Shown piece after piece: positions 59,413 to 64,000 of a stretch of 64,000 bases of DNA. The stretch's first letter is position 1; each line of letters opens with the position of its first letter. Source of the DNA: a virus; IMG/VR virus record IMGVR_UViG_3300010033_000001, positions 1-64,000 of that record. The stretch is one strand, 5' to 3'. The position numbers were made by a program, and so were the translations under genes. The notes beneath the pieces are model-generated. The model was given only the letters and a program-made list of their open reading frames with translations. It was not told where the DNA came from and did no database searches.

Positions 59413-61956
59413 TTACGTTATTATTGCGACTGAGCGACCCCGGCAATTTGGATGATAAGGGGGCGTGGTTATATCATTACTTTGTAGTTGCTGTGCATCC
59501 ATTCGCTGAAACTCATCTAAGTCGAATGAGGTTGCAAATGGGGATCGTCGGTTTAACGATTCCGGAGGCGACTCGAGTATATTGTTAATCTTGGTTACTG
59601 CCTGGCTGACTGATAGGACCATGCCATGCATATGCCGGCAATACGGACATGTCAACTGATCATTGACCTCAACAACTTCATATTGCGTAACCTGGGCCTG
59701 ATCCATATACCTGATGTTGGCGATGTTCCTGGCTGCATTCATTGTGGTTTGAATGATACGCTTAGCCTTCCATTCCTCGAGTGTGACGTTATCAGAGAGC
59801 TCAGTCAGGAATGCATCAAGGTTTGACGGGCTATCAAGGGCAACGTTTTCGGAAAGGTAATTTTCATTGATCACCGTTACAAGGCGCTGGCGCGTATCAG
59901 GATCCATGATGAACTTTCCTAAATAGAAATCATCGGATTGCCTTAAGAAATCAATGGCCCGGGCATCATTGAGGTCAAAGACTGCATCCGGAATTTCAAA
60001 ATCCTGGAATGATATTCCGTTCTTTTGCTTGGCAAGCGCAATGCCTTCATCAAACGGCCTTTGCTCACGTCTATAGAAACGATATGTTTCCATGATATTT
60101 GATGAAATCGTATCGCTGGCAGCGACTTGAAAATGCTGATCCCAGTTCACATAAAGACCGAGCAATACACCGTTCCTGAACTCAGTGAGTGTTTCATCAC
60201 CGCGCATATTTTCAATTGCAACACGAGAATCTTGAATTGCTTTGCCTACTGCTGAATCAAATACAGCTTTGATTTGGAATAGGTAATTATTGACAAAGCC
60301 CTGTATACGTCTATCTGCAAATTCGGTGGCCTCGAGTTGGTAACTGTGCTGATCACCGTGGTTATGATCATGGTGGTGGTGGTGGCCATGGTCATGATGA
60401 TGATGATGATGATGTTCATGGTCATCATCCTCGCATTCTACTGGAATATAATAATCATATAAATATTCATCGCCACCCATTCGATTAATGACCGATCTTA
60501 AGTCCTCGCTGAATCTGCGTAGGCGCATATTTTCGATATTGTCAGTTCCCTCGCTGCCCGGATTAGTCGAGCCAGGGCCATTTGGTTCAGTAGTAACACC
60601 ATTACCACCACCAGGATTAGCCCTGAATAATGGCTCCGGAAGTGCAGGTTCCTCATACCCTAATTCAATGGCAGCCTGATTTTGATCAATAAAACCTTCA
60701 TCACGTTTCTTGGTAACATTTTCAATTTTCAGTTTTTCAGTTTCTTCCTCCCTTTTCTTATCAGTGATCATCGGCTTTTCAAACTTGATTTGTACGAAAC
60801 CAGGTGAAAAACCATTTAATAGCAAATCCATTAATACCACACGTTCAAGGAACGATGCAACGATGCGCTGGTAGTTGTCAATGTTCTTACTCATCTTAGC
60901 CAGCAATACACGCCCGAAAGTTTCGGTAGTGCTTTGATTGTCGCCCAAAAGTGATGGGTCCTGCTTAACACCATTATAAACCAAAGTCTTGATCATATCA
61001 AGCAACTGGCTAGATCCCTCAGCATTAACATTGGTTCCCTGCAACTGAAATTCGTAGAAATCTTTGTAGCCGATTGTTACACCTTGGCTGAATCCATTTT
61101 GAATCTGTGGGTACACATCATCGAGGTGTTTCTTTAATCTGGCTTCATAGGCTGTATCACCTTCTCCATTTCTTCGCTCAGGCCTGGCAAGTAATACAGA
61201 AAGGAACCCTAACATGCCGATGCGACGCATCATTGACCTGAAGCTTTTGAGCATATCATTTTCAGCTGCCAAGTCAATTAGTGCCGAGAATAATGGCGGT
61301 ATCGCATAAGGCTCTTGCTGAAACTTTTGAATAGCAATGTAGCTATAGGTTGCCGTGTTCAATTGGCGGTAGCCTGATATGGCCATGCTACTCACGGTCG
61401 TATCACGCTGAAGGGGTAAGTATAAATCATTCTCCTTATCACGGACAAATTTGATATCAACCGGATTGACTTTGTGAACCCGCTTAACTCCAGAAAGATC
61501 TGGTTCTATTTCGGCCTCAGCTGAAACACATCCGAATGTGGCTGCCTGGTAGAACAGATCATTGATCAATGTATTTTCGCCATCAGAAAAGTCATACCAG
61601 TCACCTATCCTGGTCTTAATGTGTGTGATCATTTGGCTCCTCATTTCATCAGAAACCTCATCAGAAAAGTTGTATTCGAAATCAGTGTTGCCCAATGTCA
61701 TGATATTGTTGACAGCGAATGATACGTGTCGGTTATATATGGACAAGTTTTCGAGTATGGGTAATAACTGGATATCGAAATCTGTGGAAGTAGGAGAAAA
61801 GGGATCCAGGCTAATATTGATGTCAGCCTGATCGACTGATGATCTACCACCGCGTACAGGTGTCTCTATTGAGTCCTCCCCAGTGATAAATGATTGTTGT
61901 ACAGGTGTTTCTACTGCGCGCGCGCTGCCGTAAAATTCTATATCCTTAAGCACCAT
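59413..61956 (-). CDS. portal protein fused to a MuF-like (SPP1 gp7-type) minor head domain, with an internal poly-His tract
   Basis: 847 aa. The portal-sized N-terminal part is followed by EDDDHEHHHHHHHDHGHHHHHDHNHGDQH. The C-terminus has LTCPYCRHMHG...TPPYHPNCRG, typical of Phage_Mu_F domains. Confidence 0.6.
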   Translation of the reverse strand: MVLKDIEFYGSARAVETPVQQSFITGEDSIETPVRGGRSSVDQADINISLDPFSPTSTDFDIQLLPILENLSIYNRHVSFAVNNIMTLGNTDFEYNFSDEVSDEMRSQMITHIKTRIGDWYDFSDGENTLINDLFYQAATFGCVSAEAEIEPDLSGVKRVHKVNPVDIKFVRDKENDLYLPLQRDTTVSSMAISGYRQLNTATYSYIAIQKFQQEPYAIPPLFSALIDLAAENDMLKSFRSMMRRIGMLGFLSVLLARPERRNGEGDTAYEARLKKHLDDVYPQIQNGFSQGVTIGYKDFYEFQLQGTNVNAEGSSQLLDMIKTLVYNGVKQDPSLLGDNQSTTETFGRVLLAKMSKNIDNYQRIVASFLERVVLMDLLLNGFSPGFVQIKFEKPMITDKKREEETEKLKIENVTKKRDEGFIDQNQAAIELGYEEPALPEPLFRANPGGGNGVTTEPNGPGSTNPGSEGTDNIENMRLRRFSEDLRSVINRMGGDEYLYDYYIPVECEDDDHEHHHHHHHDHGHHHHHDHNHGDQHSYQLEATEFADRRIQGFVNNYLFQIKAVFDSAVGKAIQDSRVAIENMRGDETLTEFRNGVLLGLYVNWDQHFQVAASDTISSNIMETYRFYRREQRPFDEGIALAKQKNGISFQDFEIPDAVFDLNDARAIDFLRQSDDFYLGKFIMDPDTRQRLVTVINENYLSENVALDSPSNLDAFLTELSDNVTLEEWKAKRIIQTTMNAARNIANIRYMDQAQVTQYEVVEVNDQLTCPYCRHMHGMVLSVSQAVTKINNILESPPESLNRRSPFATSFDLDEFQRMDAQQLQSNDITTPPYHPNCRGRSVAIIT

Positions 61957-61968
61957 ATCGTAAATATA

Positions 61969-61996
61969 TGAAAAGAGCCCGAATAATCGGGCTCTT
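61969..61996 (-). terminator. Rho-independent terminator upstream of the portal gene
   Basis: AAGAGCCCG-ATTATT-CGGGCTCTT followed on the minus strand by TTCATATATTT. Confidence 0.5.
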
Positions 61997-62026
61997 AAGG
62001 GTGCTCAGTATTTGGGGGGTGATTAA

Positions 62027-62356
62027 CTACAAATCGAATAGTTTTTTGGCTTCATCGAAATTCCAATACACTGCACCATGCTCAGCATGACCCTTTGTAC
62101 CAATTAAAGGCAAAAGGCATGACCTGATATGCTTTACTGCTGCATTTTCTTCATCCCTTACATTCTTGACTTTTAATGTCGACTTATCATAGAGCTCACG
62201 GCCATTATCCCAAATCATGCCGGAATACTGACCGCGCTTCTTTTGTTCATAACACCTGGCTATAAATTTCTGAAGCGATACATTCCATTTGATGAGTATT
62301 CTGAATTCATTGTATTGGAATACTTTTTTAAGATTAGGATAGTAGATCTGTCTCAT
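62027..62356 (-). CDS. hypothetical protein
   Basis: 109-aa ORF abutting the methyltransferase gene. Confidence 0.5.
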   Translation of the reverse strand: MRQIYYPNLKKVFQYNEFRILIKWNVSLQKFIARCYEQKKRGQYSGMIWDNGRELYDKSTLKVKNVRDEENAAVKHIRSCLLPLIGTKGHAEHGAVYWNFDEAKKLFDL

Positions 62357-63249
62357 TAGAAAGTGCGTAATGATTTGCCAGTAACTTTTTTCGATTTCTT
62401 GGCTTGGACTACATCAATGACCATCATCCACGGCTTAATCATAGTACCCTCCGCTTTAAACTCATGCGTTTTGATCGGTATTACGATAGTCTGATAGAAC
62501 TTTGTTTCAAACGTAATCGAAGCGTTCCAATCATTGAAATTAGCTCCAAATGGTATGCCTAATGTCTCGCGCATGGCACCTTCCAGCCTTGTTGTACCGT
62601 TGGCGAATCCAGGCCAGGCAAGGGTCACAATTCGGCCACCAGGTTTAACCAGTGTGAGCATTTTTATGATATGATGAATGTATTGCATTTTCGAAAATGG
62701 CGGGTTGGCTATGATGCCATCATATAGGAGATCATCATCAATGTGATCATGTATTTTTAGAAAATCTTTACATATGATCCGATCGAATGAACCCGAGCGT
62801 TCCATACAATAATTTAGATTCAGGTCGTCATTCTCACAGACATCAATTGTTATATCAATGGGGGCTATATCCAACTCAATGGCACGGTTTACCAATGCGT
62901 TGACAAGTCTCAATCTGCCAGCACTAGGTTCCAGGTATCGACCGCCAACGACTGGGTTAAGCTGCTTTGCCATGGTTACCGCTAAATCCTTGCTTGTCTG
63001 ATAGAATTGCGACTCTTTTTTGGCATTCACGTTATCACCCAATTTGAGGCGCTCAAGTGTTTGGGCAGCTTTATTTCCCTCGAATTTCCATCCCTGTACT
63101 TGACGACCTACCCATTTGCCACCGGCTTTCTCGATTGCCGCCTTAAGTTTTGCATAGTCATTTCCATCAAGCGGGTGAATACGTCTTGATGGGGCATATA
63201 TATGCGCATCGTCAGCTGTGCATTTGTTGATCATTTCAATTAGTTCCAT
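62356..63249 (-). CDS. SAM-dependent DNA adenine methyltransferase (NPPF type)
   Basis: Motif I-like YLEPSAGRLRL and motif IV IIANPPFS. Confidence 0.6.
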   Translation of the reverse strand: MELIEMINKCTADDAHIYAPSRRIHPLDGNDYAKLKAAIEKAGGKWVGRQVQGWKFEGNKAAQTLERLKLGDNVNAKKESQFYQTSKDLAVTMAKQLNPVVGGRYLEPSAGRLRLVNALVNRAIELDIAPIDITIDVCENDDLNLNYCMERSGSFDRIICKDFLKIHDHIDDDLLYDGIIANPPFSKMQYIHHIIKMLTLVKPGGRIVTLAWPGFANGTTRLEGAMRETLGIPFGANFNDWNASITFETKFYQTIVIPIKTHEFKAEGTMIKPWMMVIDVVQAKKSKKVTGKSLRTF

Positions 63250-63491
63250 CAGTTAAATCGATTTTTTTGAATTGTGATTGACATTCTAGGCGGCTGATCA
63301 TCATTATTGATGATCCAAATAGATGAACCAAATAGTAATCTTATACGCTCCTTAATCGAAGGTTTCCAAGCTGTGGCACAATAATCTTCCTGTTTGTCAT
63401 CTGATGTAAAGTGATAATATGGCAACGGCTTGCCGCGCCCGTCAGTGGGTTTGGCCAGCTCATTGCATTTGTCGAAATACTTAGGCTTCAT
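63249..63491 (-). CDS. hypothetical protein
   Basis: 80-aa ORF abutting its neighbours. Confidence 0.45.
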   Translation of the reverse strand: MKPKYFDKCNELAKPTDGRGKPLPYYHFTSDDKQEDYCATAWKPSIKERIRLLFGSSIWIINNDDQPPRMSITIQKNRFN

Positions 63492-63789
63492 TTTTAGTCT
63501 TTACAATTTTCCAGGGTGTGAGGTATAAGTACAGTGGCTTATTTTTCCAGTTTATATAAACCAAGTTCAAGCCATCCCATCCAGAAAGGGGCAAAACAAA
63601 ATACATGATCGAAATACGTGTCATAAATTGAATTTTTGAAATACCTGATGATCGTTCTTTCGGCGGATTAGATGTCATGTTTGTCACCGAAAACGTTAGA
63701 TTCCTTTTTACATTGTGCCGAGTTAGCCTAATGCAGATCCACTGCATCAACACAAAATTGATTACTCCCAGTAATGTTATCTTTTTCAT
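63481..63789 (-). CDS. membrane protein
   Basis: ORF 63481..63870. The Met at 63789 (MKKITLLGVINFVLMQWICI...) lies 5 nt after the upstream stop. Confidence 0.4.
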   Translation of the reverse strand: MKKITLLGVINFVLMQWICIRLTRHNVKRNLTFSVTNMTSNPPKERSSGISKIQFMTRISIMYFVLPLSGWDGLNLVYINWKNKPLYLYLTPWKIVKTKNEA

Positions 63790-63793
63790 GAGA

Positions 63794-64000
63794 TTATACT
63801 TTGATGTTTGCGAATTTAGAAAGCTTTTGGATAGGCTCAGGCAATACGGTGCCTCCCACGTGTTTAACAACCCATGTGACTACTTCATCAATCACGATGC
63901 CCATGCTTTCGACCTGGGAGGCGTTAAGCTCGTTGCGCATCATTGTGGCCATCTGAATGGATTTAAACTGTTCAATCCAATGGTCCTCAATGATGGCTTT
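63794..64000 (-). CDS. hypothetical protein, 3' fragment (starts beyond window end)
   Basis: Frame is open from position 64000 to the TAA at 63796-63794 (...VVKHVGGTVLPEPIQKLSKFANIKV). Confidence 0.35.
   Translation of the reverse strand, partial: KAIIEDHWIEQFKSIQMATMMRNELNASQVESMGIVIDEVVTWVVKHVGGTVLPEPIQKLSKFANIKV

Overview
This 64-kb window looks like most of the genome of a contractile-tailed (myovirus-type) dsDNA phage or prophage. It has about 80 tightly packed genes, almost all on the minus strand. In transcription order (high to low coordinates) it contains: small genes plus an NPPF adenine methyltransferase (62.0-63.9 kb); a head module at 49-62 kb (portal fused to a MuF-like domain with a poly-His tract, two giant fibrous proteins, protease/scaffold, decoration protein, major capsid); a tail module at 27.7-48.5 kb (neck, sheath, tube, -1 frameshifted chaperone, tape measure, P2/Mu-like baseplate, 1209-aa tail fibre); a terminator/promoter junction at 27.6 kb; a replication/recombination module (SNF2 helicase, HD hydrolase, AAA ATPase, PD-(D/E)XK nuclease, iteron-bearing initiator, RusA); a lysis cassette (amidase, holin-like protein, lipoprotein with C-terminal TM); many small ORFs; a ParB-like protein and a DPPY methyltransferase interrupted by an in-frame TAA; a 620-nt ORF-free block rich in tRNA-like modules; and the small and large terminase. 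Between the terminase terminator and the next operon lies a 4,991-bp cassette bounded by perfect 26-bp inverted repeats. It carries an IS1595-type transposase, an XRE regulator, HicB-like proteins, plus-strand small genes and an array of four non-canonical tRNAs. Recurrent TTTG-N19-TAnnTTTG promoter boxes and the absence of Shine-Dalgarno sequences point to a Bacteroidota host. All functional calls come from motifs read by eye and from gene order; no database search was run.
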